Shown here: positions 13,396 to 27,782 of the stretch, piece after piece | How the letters are laid out: every line of letters begins with the position of its first letter | Position numbering within the stretch: position 1 is the stretch's first letter | DNA from: Octopus vulgaris | Taxonomy: Eukaryota | Length of the DNA stretch: 62,000 nt | Reading direction: 5' to 3' | NCBI GenBank assembly: GCA_951406725.2 | Contig: OX597826.1 | Span: 60,098,001 to 60,160,000 of the forward strand | The notes under the pieces: model-generated | What the model was told of the DNA's origin: nothing | The model's input: the letters and a program-made list of their open reading frames with translations, nothing else | Databases searched by the model: none | Program-made: the position numbers and the translations under genes

Positions 13396-13748
13396 AATAT
13401 ATGCATATATATTAACAGCTACATACGTATACACAATAACTCTCACATAATAGTATGTTCGATGATATTCATATGTGTGCCTCTGTGTAAACGTGTACAA
13501 GTTCTATGTTCTTTGTCCAAATTTAAATTAAATGCGTCTTAAGACCACATATTAAGACCACTTTTGAGAATTCACTCCCGCAGACTTCATACATTTCTTC
13601 ATATACTTATTTCCGAAAGTGTTTGAACATGATTACTTATACACTCAAGTACAAAACAAATGTACATCTACATTTATATCTATAGATATATCTATAGACT
13701 TAGGTCTCTATCACTTTGTCTCTCTCTTTCTCTCTCTACACACACATA

Positions 13749-13790
<42 letters not shown>

Positions 13791-14004
13791 CATGTGTATA
13801 CATATGTGTGTGTGTGAGTGTGTGTATGTGTATGTGTGTGGGGGGGTCAAAATAAGCAACAGGATATCAAGTAGTGATGCAGTGCTGATTTTATTCAACT
13901 TACTTCAAACTCAGCGGATAATACCGGACTCACTTGTTGCTTCAATGTAAGTACCTAATTCAACTGAATCTCAATTATTTCTTATATATCTATATGTGTG
14001 TGTG

Positions 14005-14036
<32 letters not shown>

Positions 14037-14104
14037 TGTATGTATATATGCATGAATATATATTTATATATATATATCCATATGTATATAGTTTAAATTT
14101 ATAG

Positions 14105-14240
14105 AAATCGAAAGAGTAACACAGGTGTGGAATCAACAAAGATGTGTATTAGTTTAACGCTCGGGAAGAATGGAGAAGTCTTTTGCGTCTCGAGCCTGCG
14201 CTCTTCAACAAAAAGGAGCCAGAAGAAAAAACGGAGAGGT
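14105..14240 (-). mobile_element. HHR-bearing PLE-type short element, family 1, degenerate core
   Basis: TTGTTGA A GAGC-GCAG-GCTC GAG ACGC at 14181-14214; shares GAGCGTTAAACTAATAC tail with 14811 and 33500 copies. Confidence 0.7.
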
Positions 14241-14254
14241 AATCTATATATATA

Positions 14255-14755
14255 CTTGGTCATCCCATAAATAATGCTGTTTTTTCAACTGAATGGACTA
14301 GAAATCGAAGGAAAACAGGATAAACTACCTGCATCAACTTGCTGTAAAAGCAGGTAGTAATTTTACCTTGTGATTATTCTTAGTGCAAGTTTCAAAGAGT
14401 GCAGTTCGATTTTAGCAGTTATATTTTCAAAGTCATAATGGAAATGACAAGGGTGCATATTCGGCATACTTTGCTTTATGAGTTCAATAAAGACAACGAT
14501 GCATCAGAAAGTGAAAGGAATAACAATGCAGTATATGGGGACTGGACCATAAGCGTAAGCCAGTGTCAACGGTAGTTCTACAAATTCCGAGTCGGAAACT
14601 ACAGCCTAGTAGACGAGCACCGTGATTCAGAGGTCGATGAGAACGTCCTGCAAACCCTGGTGGAACAAAATCCCATCGTAACTGTTCAGGAACTAGTAAA
14701 GAAGCTTGGATTTGGTCATTCAACCATTCATTGACACCAGCACTATAAGAAAAGC
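14255..14755 (+). mobile_element. Mariner (Tc1/mariner) 5' fragment with decayed transposase HTH region
   Basis: TA-flanked TIR-like CTTGGTCATCCCATAAATAATGC; ATG at 14438 gives MEMTRVHIRHTLLYEFNK...QR*FYKFRVGNYSLVDEHR...LVEQNPIVTVQELVKKLGFGHSTIH, Hsmar/Mos1-like N-terminus with stops. Confidence 0.88.
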
Positions 14756-14810
14756 AACTGTTGTTTTTTTGTTGTTTTTTTTTGGTGAATTCTTCCGATA
14801 TATATATATA

Positions 14811-15160
14811 GGGAGAGAATTCAGAAAACAAAAGCAAAAGACGAAGAGAGGTAGTGTAGACAACAGACAGATACATTAGTATAACACTCGGGAAGTGGAA
14901 AAGTATTTAATGTTTCGAGCCTACGCTCTTCCACAGAGAAGAGCTCAGAAAGAAACAAGGAGAGAAAATAAAGAATGAGTAGTGACTAGCGATCTATCAT
15001 GGCGAAACCCGGACAGAAGTGTCACACAGGAGACCTAGGGGAAGGGGTGATAAAAAAGGGGATGGTGATCCCAAAATGAAGGTGCGCGTGCGATTGTATA
15101 AGAGAGTTTGTATGTGCGTAATGAAGAGGGCTGGTGTTCTTGACTTGTTCGTGTGTGTAT
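14811..15160 (-). mobile_element. HHR-bearing PLE-type short element, family 1, flanked by (TA)n
   Basis: CTGTGGA A GAGC-GTAG-GCTC GAA ACAT T at 14906-14939; 3' end ...ATTCTCTCCC joins (TA)n. Confidence 0.75.
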
Positions 15161-15738
15161 GATATATATATATATATATATATGTATAATTTTCCTCTTT
15201 TTTGCCTTCTCTTTCTAGTACGAAAAAAAGTCTGAAAGAGAGAGTGGCGAAAGAACGTAAAAAGCTCTTTCTTTACATAAAAATCTTTAAAAAATAATTT
15301 ACCCCAGGAATTTGAAATCTAATAATAAGGTCTCCATATGTATTAAACGAATTTGTAATTTTATCATGTTTTATTTATTTTAATCTACATATTATTTTAC
15401 CCTTGTCACGTTGAACATCATTCTAGATAGAGTGTTTAGCAACGCATTTGTTGTTCTGTTTTGCTGTGTAATAACTACGAAATAATATCTTTACTGAAAT
15501 ACATTGGCGTTCTTTTTGTATGTATTTATATATAAAAAATCATACGCATTTTCATATCATTCTCTATATTTATTTGTAAGGTTTTGTGTACAATCATTTC
15601 CAAGAAAGTGCTTTTAGGCGTATGTTCGTTCCACATTTCATATATGAGTAATTATTTTTCACAATCAATTAACGTATGGCTAATATAAATAATATTATTA
15701 ATATTAAATTAATATTAATAATATTAATATATATATAT

Positions 15739-15804
<66 letters not shown>

Positions 15805-16177
15805 TGAAAAAAGAAAAACATTCCATCATTTCATCCTGCAAGGTTGATTGGAGTTTCTAGTTTTGGTTAAAATGAATGTAATTATGTTCGATGTAATGCT
15901 AACTTAGCAGATTTTTTGCTGTCAGTGAGCCATAAATTTCTGTATTTCAGAGGCAAATATATTTACACGTAGATGCATTATCACAAGTTTATGGATAAAT
16001 ACCGATATTAAACATACATTATACTCTCACCCGTAAGCACAAACACACACGCACGCGCGCATACACGCAGAGGCGCACGCACTCACACACACTTCTAAGA
16101 CCATATATAGAAATTGCCATGCACAGTTAAATGTGTGTGCGTGTATATATATATGTATGTATATATATATATATATT

Positions 16178-16241
<64 letters not shown>

Positions 16242-17156
16242 CAAATGCACTTGCATATTATAGTCAATATGTCGCTGAGAACAATTATGCATATTACTAT
16301 ATAAATATGCATAGATATTCTTAGATATATAAATGTAAATAACATTTATCTACATTATATATGTAGATGCATACACATTGATACAGACACGCATACGTAC
16401 ATACATATACACACACACATACGATATATATATATATATATATACGCAAATATTAGAGATTGAGGCAGTGTCGTAATATGTATGTAAATATGTACATTTT
16501 ATTAACTCAATCTCCTAAAAGAGAATCAGATTGTAATTCGCGTTAGTATGAAATTGTACAGAAATTTCCATTTAGCTATTTATGTATGAGAAATATTGTA
16601 TCGTAATGCGATATATTAATAATTTTATAATGAAACATATCAAATATAAAAAGAAGTGAAAATTACTTTGCATATAATTCTGAACAATTCGCGTATTGTT
16701 AATATTGAAAAATCTTTATCTAGCTCTTAGTAATTGATTCTTTAGATAATAGATATATGTTAGTAGCTCGAAGCATTTAAATGGGAATGACTTTTATATA
16801 AATATATTCGTACCAATTCCATTTGCTACTCTGTTTTTCTCGTTGTCTTCTTTATATTTGAAGAAATGGAATTATATTGAATAATTTTGTCAAATGGTTT
16901 TTCAAAAGAAATTTCTTTAAGGTAGGCAAAAGAAAATTAATTTTTTGACTTTGCTTCTGCTTATGTACACTACGGAGAAAATATTGATGGAAACAAATGA
17001 AACGGCGCAACCGTTTATTAGCGACACGTAGGAGCATATATGCATATACACACATATAGCGGTACAGAGATAGAGAAGAGAAAACTAATGGCAGATATAT
17101 AAGGTGTCACTGAGATTATATAGCTTGTGTATGAGACTATATAGATAAACACATTC

Positions 17157-17226
<70 letters not shown>

Positions 17227-18023
17227 TACGTACCTATAGAGGAACACTAACTATAACAAAATAAAAAATGATTTTGGTTTTTACCACTATAGAATTTTGT
17301 GAATTCTTGTTACTAATATTTTCAAATTAAGAGACTATCGCTCTGGTTATCTGAGAACTATAACATGAAACTCGAGTTAACTTATAGAAATATTCTACTA
17401 AACAAATAATTTGTTTTGTCTGCAAACGAAGGCATCCCTACTTCGACTTGAAAGAAACATTCTCGTGAATAAAATTAGAATATCTTATTAGTCAAAAATT
17501 AGGAAAAGGGCCGGTATATTTGCAAATAAAATGTTAACACCATCGATATTAATTCATTTGCCTTACAATTAAAACAATGACGATTAATGATATTAAAGTA
17601 CTGACGAAAACAAAAATGGTACAATTATTATATGCAGTTCAATTTGGTAATAATTTATTCCTTCAGAAGCAAGCAAATGGAAGAACATAGAATAATTTAG
17701 AAAGTCAGATTAAAAGTAGGAAAAGTCAGCTCAATGGTAAAATAAGCAAAGGAAACAAGGAAAATACAATTTTTTTGTATAACTTATGGAAGTTCTAGAT
17801 TTCTATATGATCTATAGTTTATAGAACTTTTGAAGGGTCTAGAGAACTTTTAGAACTTAAGGGAGTTCTAGAGTTCTATATGATACTTTTAGAGTTCTAG
17901 AGTTCTATATGATTATGAAATCAGCCACGCTGATTTGGATGCATGCACTACTTCGGAGTGCTCATATCGCATTCCTCCAAACAATTCCTTATGTTTATGA
18001 GAAACGATTTTGATTAGCCATTC

Positions 18024-18064
<41 letters not shown>

Positions 18065-18428
18065 CGTGCGTGCGTGTGTGTGTGTGTGTGTGTGTCTTTG
18101 GTGTCAGCGTGCTGATTATGATTAGTCTTCTTTCTGCTTTTTGCTGTCATGTATATAAATGTTATACTAGTCAGCAACACTGGTGTTGATACTGAAGTTC
18201 GTATAATTTCTTTTGAAACAGAAAACGCAATTAGTTCGTTTTGTTACATTCCATTTTAAAATGTTACTAAACGACTTACGAGGTTGAGACCTTTGACAGA
18301 CCTTTTCTCATGTTTATATATCGCATCAGAATGTGGACAATGATCGTATGCACAGATTTGAATCCAAACCATGTACGACGAACGTTGCATTTCATGATGT
18401 TACTGCAAAGCGCGCGTGCTTTTATATA

Positions 18429-18659
18429 TATTTCTTTACTACCCACAATGGGCTAAACATAGAGGGGACAAACAAGGACAGACAAAGGGATTAAGTCGAT
18501 TACATCGACCCCAGTACGTAACTAGTACTTAATTTATCGACACCGAAAGGATGAAAGGCAAAGTCGACCTCGGCGGAATTTGAACCCAGAACGTAACGGT
18601 AGACGAAATACGGCTACGCATTTCGCCCGGCGCGTTAACGTTTCTGCCATCTCGCCGCC
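18429..18659 (-). mobile_element. SINE family C, near full length
   Basis: Minus strand GGCGGCGAGATGGCAGAAACG head, GGGTTCAAATTCC B box, GGGTAGTAAAGAAATA tail. Confidence 0.92.
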
Positions 18660-19801
18660 GCGTGCTTTTATATAAGTGCGTGTCTTTGCATGTCTTTGTG
18701 TGTATGCGCATGCGTTTGTTTAGGTATATGTGTGTGAGTGTGTGGACCTTGTGAGTGTGTATAACAGATATATGATCAACTAGTTCGTTTTTATATATGT
18801 TTTCAATATATTTCATTTAGCCATTATTATTTTACTTTATTTTCTTACATATATGTTCTGTAGTACATTTAATGAAATCCTTTTTGAATTTATATGGTCA
18901 CTAATGGTTTGGTTTCAAACTCCATAACTAATATAACCCCAGTGTTTACCCTGGAGATACCAGACGGCAAAACGAGATGAAATGTATTCGCCAGTGCAGT
19001 AAAAAAAAGGATATCTTCATAATTATAAACTTACTTAGTCTGTCTGCGGGGGACAAAACCATAAGAATGCATTAAGTAACTATCATTTAACTGAACAGTC
19101 GCTTCGCTGAATGCCTTCCGTCATCCTATGAAACAGCTACTTAGAGAGACACATAATTTTCTGTTTGCATACGCAGACACTCACATACATATGGATGCAT
19201 ACAAGGAAAGACAGACGCATACAGGCACTCTAGAACGCACAAATATATTTATACATACACACACACACGCACCTACTCACACGCATACACGCGTGCACAC
19301 ACACATATATGTGGATGTATGTCGCACGATAGTAACGGTATTACATGAATCGATACATTAGACGACAGATACATACTCTCACATACATATATGTTTGAAT
19401 GATAATAGCTCGGGAAGAAGAATTCAAAATATATGGATGAGAGTCGAGAAACAGAAATTTTCATAGATCTGGACAGTGATAATTGCAAGAATACAAGAAA
19501 ATGTAATGCACTCTAAAACGTAGATAAATAAATGAAATGCCGCAACGTTGGGTTGTCTGTTCGGAAATTAGATTCAACATTTTGTGTAGGGTGTTGAGCA
19601 TACGTAGAAGCAGACACAGAAAATGGTAAATTTTTTTACTAATGTTAAATCAGTGACATGACATCATTGAGATTGCCAGGATGGAACTTCGATATTTTGA
19701 CAAAACTTTGCATGAACAAAGCAATCAGTTTTCTTCATACAATGTACCACCGACAAATCCGTTAAACACGTAGTTGTGTAAAAGATACAGAGAGACTGGC
19801 G

Positions 19802-19804
<3 letters not shown>

Positions 19805-19874
<70 letters not shown>

Positions 19875-19907
19875 TATATATGTAGGTATGTATGTATATA
19901 TATATAT

Positions 19908-19979
<72 letters not shown>

Positions 19980-20034
19980 GTGGATATATAGATGGATAGA
20001 TAGATGGATGGATGGATAGATGGATGGTTGGATG

Positions 20035-20085
<51 letters not shown>

Positions 20086-20086
20086 G

Positions 20087-20153
<67 letters not shown>
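19805..20153. repeat. (TA)n plus (GATA)n/(GATG)n compound microsatellite
   Basis: Tandem units visible. Confidence 0.97.
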
Positions 20154-20813
20154 GGGAGTGTGTATGAATAATTATTTCGGTATAAGTGTAAAGAAAGAAG
20201 TTTGTGAGCAGCTTAATTATTGGTTCATGAATGTTTGTGTAATTGAGGAAAGAAAACTGAACATAATAAAGTCGTCATTATAAATAAAGATTACCCTAGG
20301 TGATATATTTTCCCTATACTTAATATTTAAAACATCCAAATTGCTCCATATCCAACGACAATCCTGTTTATGTATGTTGTACATCTTCCACGTGAGGTAA
20401 TGGAATAGGAGATAAGTAATTACTTAATTATATCGCATCTTCCATGGAAATGTATTGTTTATAAATCAAGGAAAAGCAGTGCCGAAAGTATGAGAAAACG
20501 AGAGAGCTGCATAGGTAAATACAGGGATAGGTATAAATATTTATCAATGTACCTAATTTATGCAAAGCACTGCAAAGAGTACGGTGTTTCTGCAAGTTCT
20601 AATTTAAAGTAAGTTAGGGAAAACTTTCATTGTTAGATTTTTCTTCTTCTTAGTGTCAGATATGTGAGAACATAGTACATACATATTTGATTCATTATAG
20701 TCCTGTGATGATCCGACCAACGGGATATGAACAGAATTCTCTCAGACGGTAACTGTGCAGATGCAGCTTTTCTACAAAACAAATGTTTTGAAAGGTTGGA
20801 GCATTTCTGCATT

Positions 20814-20865
<52 letters not shown>

Positions 20866-20973
20866 TTCATTTATAAATATACATATATATATACACACAC
20901 ACACATAAATATGCATATATATACATATATAAATATATATATATATTTATACTTATAAGCACACATATATATA

Positions 20974-21014
<41 letters not shown>

Positions 21015-21117
21015 ACATGCACACACACACACACACACACACATATATGTATGTATATATATATATATATACATACGCACGCACACACACAAACGCGAAG
21101 GCCAAAGTAACTCTTTC

Positions 21118-21320
21118 ATCTTTTATCTTGTATGTTTTGCTTGTTTCAATCATATGATTGCGGCCATGCTGGGTCACTACCCTGGAGAGTGCTTCGTCGA
21201 TCGAATCTGTCCTAGTACGTTGTTAAGTATGGTACTTATTCTTTTGTTTTATTTTGTCGAGCTGCTATGTTGCGGGGTCGCAAACAAACAAAGAACGGTC
21301 GTCAGATGATGCTTGGGTAT
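21118..21320 (-). mobile_element. Old SINE family A-related 3' tail
   Basis: CTTGTTTCAATCA...GCGGCCATGCTGGG matches reverse complement of family A tail. Confidence 0.55.
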
Positions 21321-21489
21321 TATCAAAGACACAAAATCACCACCCTTACACACGCATCTCTCTGACCTGCTATATATAGCTATATCTATCTATCTGTATA
21401 TAGATATATATATACACACACACTAACACACACATACACACACACTAACACACACATACGCACACACACATATATATATGTGTGTGTGT

Positions 21490-21790
21490 GTGAAGGCGCA
21501 TGGCTAAGAGCTTACGATCGTGAGGTTGTGAGTTTGAATGCCGGACCGGGCTGCGTGTTGTGTTCTTCAGCAAGACACTTTATTTCACGTTGCTCCAGTT
21601 GCGACGTCACTGGTGCCAAGTTGTATCAGCCTTTGTCTTTACCTTGGATAACACTGGTGGCGTGGAGAGGGGAGGCCGGCATACATGGGTACTGCTGGTC
21701 TTCCATAAACAACCTTGCCCAGACTTGTGCCTGGGATGGTAACTTACTAGGTGCAATCCCACGGTCAGTCATGACTGAAGGACGAGCTTC
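21490..21790 (+). mobile_element. tRNA-derived SINE family D (CORE-like domain), alternative tail
   Basis: GTGAAGGCGCATGGCT head; GTTGTGTTCTTCAGCAAGACACTTTATTTCACGTTGCTCCAG shared with 34106-34426. Confidence 0.8.
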
Positions 21791-23489
21791 TTTCAGTTTC
21801 CTCCTGCCATATCTACTCACAAATTTTTGTAATTCTGACGCAGAAATATACATATACATGAGCGTGTGCGCGTTTATATATGTTTATACGTGTACACCAT
21901 CATATAATATCATCTACTGGTTTGATAGTTCGTTCTTTAATGGACAATATATTCGCATGTGTGCAGAGTATGAGATTATATGAGTGTGCGTTTTATATAT
22001 ACATAAACACATATATATTCAATGTATGATATATATATATATATATATATATATATCATTGTAGGTGCTACTGGGATGAAGATGGAGGGAAGTTTAAAAA
22101 GAGAGAGGCGAAGCGAAATGGCGACTGAGGAATATATATTAAACATGAAACAGAGTAACAGAAGAGAAAGCTGGTCAGCGAAGCAGCGGATGTTTGTGCT
22201 CGTATGGGTGTATGATTTTATAAACAATCCGTACAATTTTAGATATCATTAAAGAGCAATTTGTGCAGCAATTAGCATGCATGTATTTTTTTCAGAAATA
22301 ATTTCCGGCAGCCATTAAAATTATCCATATTGTTATGTTTTTCAATGTTTACTAGAGTTGGAAAGTTGATGTATTTTGTGGAACTGTGTGTATGTGTGGA
22401 TGGGTATATATGTGTTTGTTTATAACAGTCAAACTCTTCGTATGCAGCCGCTTACGCACATGCTTTAATCTAACGCACAGTGTGTGATTATATACGTAGG
22501 TATTTCTCCAGCTTCTACAATTTTATATAATGCACAACTATCTATCTTTCTATCTAACTATTTATCTATCTATCTATCTCTCTCTCTCTCTCTATCTATA
22601 TATATATATCTGTCTATCTATCTATCTATATATATATATATATTTACATTCAAATATATACATACATATATACATATGTATACATATATATACATATATA
22701 CATATATATACATATATATATATCATATATGTTTTTAAAAATATTTAGATATATAGATACATAAATTCATGCATATGTATATGCACATATATATGTGTGT
22801 GTGTGTGTGAGTGTGTGTGTATCTATGTATTTATAAGTGTGTATGTATCTACCTATATATGTATATATATATATATATATGTATAGATAGATAGATAGAT
22901 ATATGTATGCATGTATGTATGTATGTAAGTATGTATGTATGTATATATTTGCATAAACTTCATGTAAGTGGAAACATTACATTATTATAATTCTTATCAG
23001 ATGTAACTATTTCTTAGAAAACTTGTAGACTTTTAGTTCGAATCATCCATGGAACATTCCACATGATTTTGCTTTGAGAGGAAGCGGGTACCATTTTCTA
23101 ACACAAAATAGAATCATCTGTTATCTAAAGTTGCATTCACTTCCAGAAACATTGCCAATCAATGCTCTTACATTCTGCAAGGCATAGAAATATATACGGA
23201 TGTAGGTTGCTCATGCAGAATTCGTTGGAGGAATTCGCTTAAATTTTATAGAAAGATTAGAATATTATGAATTTCTTTCTTCCTATATATTTCTTGGCTT
23301 GATGTTGAAAAGAGGAGGATCAATTATGTTTCGTTTTAGGATTTGCCTTGTAATGTAACGGGAACATGGCTTTTGCACAGATAAATCCATCTATCTATCT
23401 CTCTAACGAACTATCTATCTATCTATCTATTTATCTATGTATCTCCTTCTCTCTATATATTTGTGCGTGTGTATAGATACATATATATA

Positions 23490-23600
23490 TAAGAATTTTT
23501 TGCGTAATAAGATTAAAAAATCCAAGGCTGTGTAGATATTAGAGAATTTATAGATAGGTGTTTCTAGGATATTTATTAATAATATCCCTTCATCGGAGAC
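23490..23600 (-). mobile_element. HHR-like motif with long stem II plus tail ending at (TA)n
   Basis: CCGATGA A GGGATATT-ATTAATA-AATATCCT A GAAAC; stems I and III not recoverable. Confidence 0.45.
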
Positions 23601-23646
23601 GGTATGAGAGGATAGTTGAGTCATAGTTTGTTTTAGAATATAAATA

Positions 23647-23705
<59 letters not shown>

Positions 23706-23716
23706 AAAAAAAAATG

Positions 23717-23927
23717 AAGCTGGATCTCTTCCTGTCAGGTGTCCCAGATGAACCAACTTCACGGCAGGAGGGGCAGATGAGGGCAGCTGCATCGAACTCT
23801 CTCATGCACCAAATAGCAGTTGCTAGAAAGCCTCCATGAAGTGAAACCAAGTAGCAACACCAAATGGCGGTGCCCCAGCATGGCCACAGCTCATGAGCTG
23901 AAACTAGAATCAATCAATCAATCAATC
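23717..23927 (+). mobile_element. 3' end of a CR1/L2-type LINE with (AATC)n tail
   Basis: KLDLFLSGVPDEPTSRQEGQMRAAASNSLMHQIAVARKPP* (23717-23839) resembles the RT ORF C-terminus; short 3' UTR then AATC repeats. Confidence 0.8.
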
Positions 23928-23933
23928 ATATAC

Positions 23934-23966
<33 letters not shown>

Positions 23967-24185
23967 AGTGTATAAATATATGATCAGATACATACATCCA
24001 TAAATATATAATCATACATGTATATAAATACGTATTTATACATGTATATAGACACACATATATATATATATGTGTGTGTATGTGTGTGTGTGTGTATATA
24101 TATGCATGTATATATCACCGTAATCACCGTGACCGACCAGACTATCAGATGTTGCTACACATCGCTAGTCATAATGCGCTTCGCA

Positions 24186-24424
24186 TTGTTTTTAGCCTTC
24201 AACTGACGCCACCCCGCTGGCTAAGCGAGCAGGCCAACACAAGAAAGAGTGAGAGAAAGTTGTGGCGAAAGAGTACAACAGGGATCGCCACCACCCTCTG
24301 CCGTGGCCTCGTGGAGCCAAGGTGTTTTTGCTCAATAAACACTCACCACGCCCGGTCTGGGAATCAAAACCGCTATCCTACGACCGCGAGTCCGCTGCCC
24401 TAGCCACTGTGCCATTGCGCCTCC
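24186..24424 (-). mobile_element. SINE family B, internally deleted
   Basis: GGAGGCGCAATGGCACAGTGGCTAGGGCAGCGGACTCGCGGTCG head. Confidence 0.88.
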
Positions 24425-24428
24425 ACGC

Positions 24429-24466
<38 letters not shown>

Positions 24467-25090
24467 TTATCTATTTACGTATATATATGGCAAATAAAAG
24501 ATGGAAGATGTAATATACGAGAACTTATTATTAATCACGTATGTGCGTGTGGATGTGTGCGTGTGGATGTGTGTGCGTGTGCGTGCGTGTGTGTGTCTGC
24601 GTGTGTGTGTTTGAATGAAAGTAGTTAGGTAAATACGACTGGAATGGAAAGAAAAAATATTTTCAAATGAAAACAAAAAATACAAAGGAAGACACAGTCA
24701 GAAACAGACAGAGAATGCAGCCTGAGTGGGAGAATTAAATAGAGATATCACTAAAGCTAATACATATTGAATCTAGAAAACAAATTTCATAGCTTTCTAA
24801 ATTATACTAAAATTCTTACTAAAAATATGAGTGTATATTATTTATGGATAATATACACAGGGAATATATATATGCTAAAAGAAATGTATATATGAAATAT
24901 ACACCGTATACTAATGGTACTTTTACAAATGTGGAATGATTTTATTTTATATTAATAACTGAAGCAGAGCTTTTAAATTTTCATCAGCGTACATCAAAAC
25001 AAGGGAGTATTAACATTTGGTTGATATTAAATTTGTTGTGAATGTTTTTACTTGCTTTTAATTTCTGCGTCTATATTTTTCACTTAATTG

Positions 25091-25136
<46 letters not shown>

Positions 25137-25547
25137 GTGGATTAAGGTATATCAAATTATATACGTGTGTGGTATTGTACAGATGTAATAATATTATCTT
25201 ACGTAAAATTGCAAAAAAAAAAACACGGAATTAAAAACGTATCATTTCGGAGTACAAGCATTAAAAATTCCGCATATAACACTGACACACGATATACGTT
25301 TCTTTTTCTCTAAAAATCATGTGCATTTATAAAACACAGGCGGATTTTCATTTTTATATTAATGGCGGTCGAATTTTATCATATTCTATCTATGCACCTA
25401 TATCCGGCAGTCAGTCATTATATGTACCAAACAATCTTCCTATCAAACTATATATGTATATGTATATACACACGTATATGTTGTGTATATGTATATACAC
25501 AAAGAAATATGGACGCAAACACAAATATCCATATATCTGTCTGTGTA

Positions 25548-25548
25548 T

Positions 25549-25624
<76 letters not shown>

Positions 25625-25862
25625 ATTGAATTTGACTGTGTTAGTACCTTTGTCTTGATCTGACTATAAATATTTCTGCATTCAACACGTGTTCAGGCTT
25701 GTCGATAAGTAATTAAGAGTTTTGAGGATTTTCTCTTTTGCTTTCTTCTTCTTCTTCTTCTTCTTCTTCTTCTTCTTCTTCTTCTTCTTCTTCTTCTTCT
25801 TCTTCTTCTTCTTCTTCTTCTTCTTCTTCTTCTTCTTCTTCTTCTTCTTCTTCTTCTTCTTC
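25548..25862. repeat. (ATCT)n (25548-25624) and pure (TTC)n (25742-25862) microsatellites
   Basis: Tandem units visible. Confidence 0.97.
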
Positions 25863-25915
25863 TCTTTATTTAATACACAGACACTCATATATACAATCAT
25901 ATAAACAATCACATT

Positions 25916-25962
<47 letters not shown>

Positions 25963-26164
25963 ACATGTAAATATATGAATGTATGTATGTATGTATGTAT
26001 GATGTATGTACACGCATTCAAATATATTTCACCGGCCCTAAATGTATTTCTGATTTAGGTTTCAATAATTTACAAGAGGCTTCCAAGAATTCATTATTAA
26101 TACATTACATTAATTATATATATGCATACATACGTACATACATACCTACATACATACATATATA

Positions 26165-26230
<66 letters not shown>

Positions 26231-26829
26231 AGTCCTCACCATACACTCGCACCACACCCTTCCTACATCCCCCACACAAACACGCCCACATCACCCCATA
26301 CACACACCTCAGAACACCACATATATGTATATATGCATATATATATATATACATTTGAAACTTGAACATATTACCCTATGTAGCAAACAAGAAGCTACGG
26401 ATCTCTACGACACCCTCACGTTCAACAACGCCATTTACTTAGGATCACATCTATATCTAAAAGTGTTTGGAATGTTTACTTCATACACACTATCAAAAAT
26501 ATGGGCGAAACTACTGTGTGCCTTTTTATCTATGGAAAATATGCTCTCCAACAGATTACTCTTGGTCTCTGACACCTTTCTCTTTTAGCATCAAAAGTAT
26601 ATCAATTTTCTTCTAATTCGATTGTGGTGAAACTCCTCCGGCTCATTTGCCTGTGGGAAATGTCCCTTGTGACATACACTTGTCATACTTGTCTACTAAC
26701 TGGATCTCGTCCACATCTAATATGACTTCAAGGGATATGGAACTTTCATAGTTTTGATTGCAAAGCAGTGAAATTGTTTCTATTGCTCATATTTTCAGCG
26801 AGTAGTCAAATTTTCCCGCAATCTTTCAA

Positions 26830-26935
26830 CTGGTGCTCATTTTATCAACACCGAAAGCATAACAGGTAAAGTCGCCTACGAAGGAATTTGGACTCAGAAA
26901 ATAAACACTTGCTAACGGTTCTGTTAACTTGCCCT
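26830..26935 (-). mobile_element. Degenerate SINE family C fragment
   Basis: TTTATCAACACCGAAAG...AAAGTCG...GGAATTTGGACTCAGAA resembles family C body. Confidence 0.55.
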
Positions 26936-27170
26936 CTTTAACTCTATCTAATGGTGGGTAATTTCAATGTCTAAATAATAGAAAATGTAAAGAAAAAGAC
27001 AGAGGGCTTGATTCTTGATGAAAGGGTCAAGTAATCGGAGCAAGAAACAGCAGAATAAATACTGATACAGAAGACATTTCTCTGAATGAATTATACGTCG
27101 TGAAAACAGTGAGATAGCTGCATTGTAGATATTGTCTATGAATGTAAAATAATTATTCAGAACGCCTATA

Positions 27171-27551
27171 GGCGTAGGGGTGGCTGCGTGGTAAGTTCTT
27201 GCTTACCAACCACATGGTTCCGAGTTCAGTCCCACTGCGTGGCACCTTGACCAACTATCATTTACTATAGCCTTGTAAGTGGATTTGGTAGACGGAAGTG
27301 TCTTCTACTATAGCCTCGGGCCGTCCAAAGCCTTGTGAGTGCATTTGGTAGACGGAAACTGAAAGAAGCCCGTCGTATTTATGTACATGTATATATGTGT
27401 GTCTGTGTGTCTGTGCTTTCCCAACATCGCTTGACAACCGATGCTGGCGTGTTTACGTCACCGTAACTTAGCGGTTCTGCAAAAGAAACCGATAAAATAA
27501 GGCGGTGCTCCAGCATGGCCGCAGTCAAATGACTGAAACAAGTAAAAGAGT
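27171..27551 (+). mobile_element. SINE family A with internal duplication
   Basis: Full head, core and tail; TACTATAGCC...GTGGATTTGGTAGACGGAA segment present twice. Confidence 0.92.
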
Positions 27552-27620
27552 GATCTTTATAAGAACTGGAAACATGAAAAGTTTGCTACAATTATGCATT
27601 GGGAATTTCTAAAAAAAATA

Positions 27621-27688
<68 letters not shown>

Positions 27689-27782
27689 GTAATAATAATA
27701 ATAATGAACTCTAGTTTTGTAAAAGGGGAAGATTGATATGACCATAAAACAGAGAATACGTACTTCAATATGACCTTGTAAA

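Noticed and set aside
17919-18117. 14-15 bp inverted repeat AATCAGC(C)ACGCTGA around a (TG)n tract
   Set aside because: Too short and no clear TSD to call a MITE.
20701-20748. Possible 48-nt plus-strand exon ([15 protein letters not shown]) with AG/GT borders
   Set aside because: No recognisable homology; such sites are expected by chance in 62 kb.
26380-26588. AIYLGSHL resembling the RT YLG motif
   Set aside because: No other RT motif nearby.
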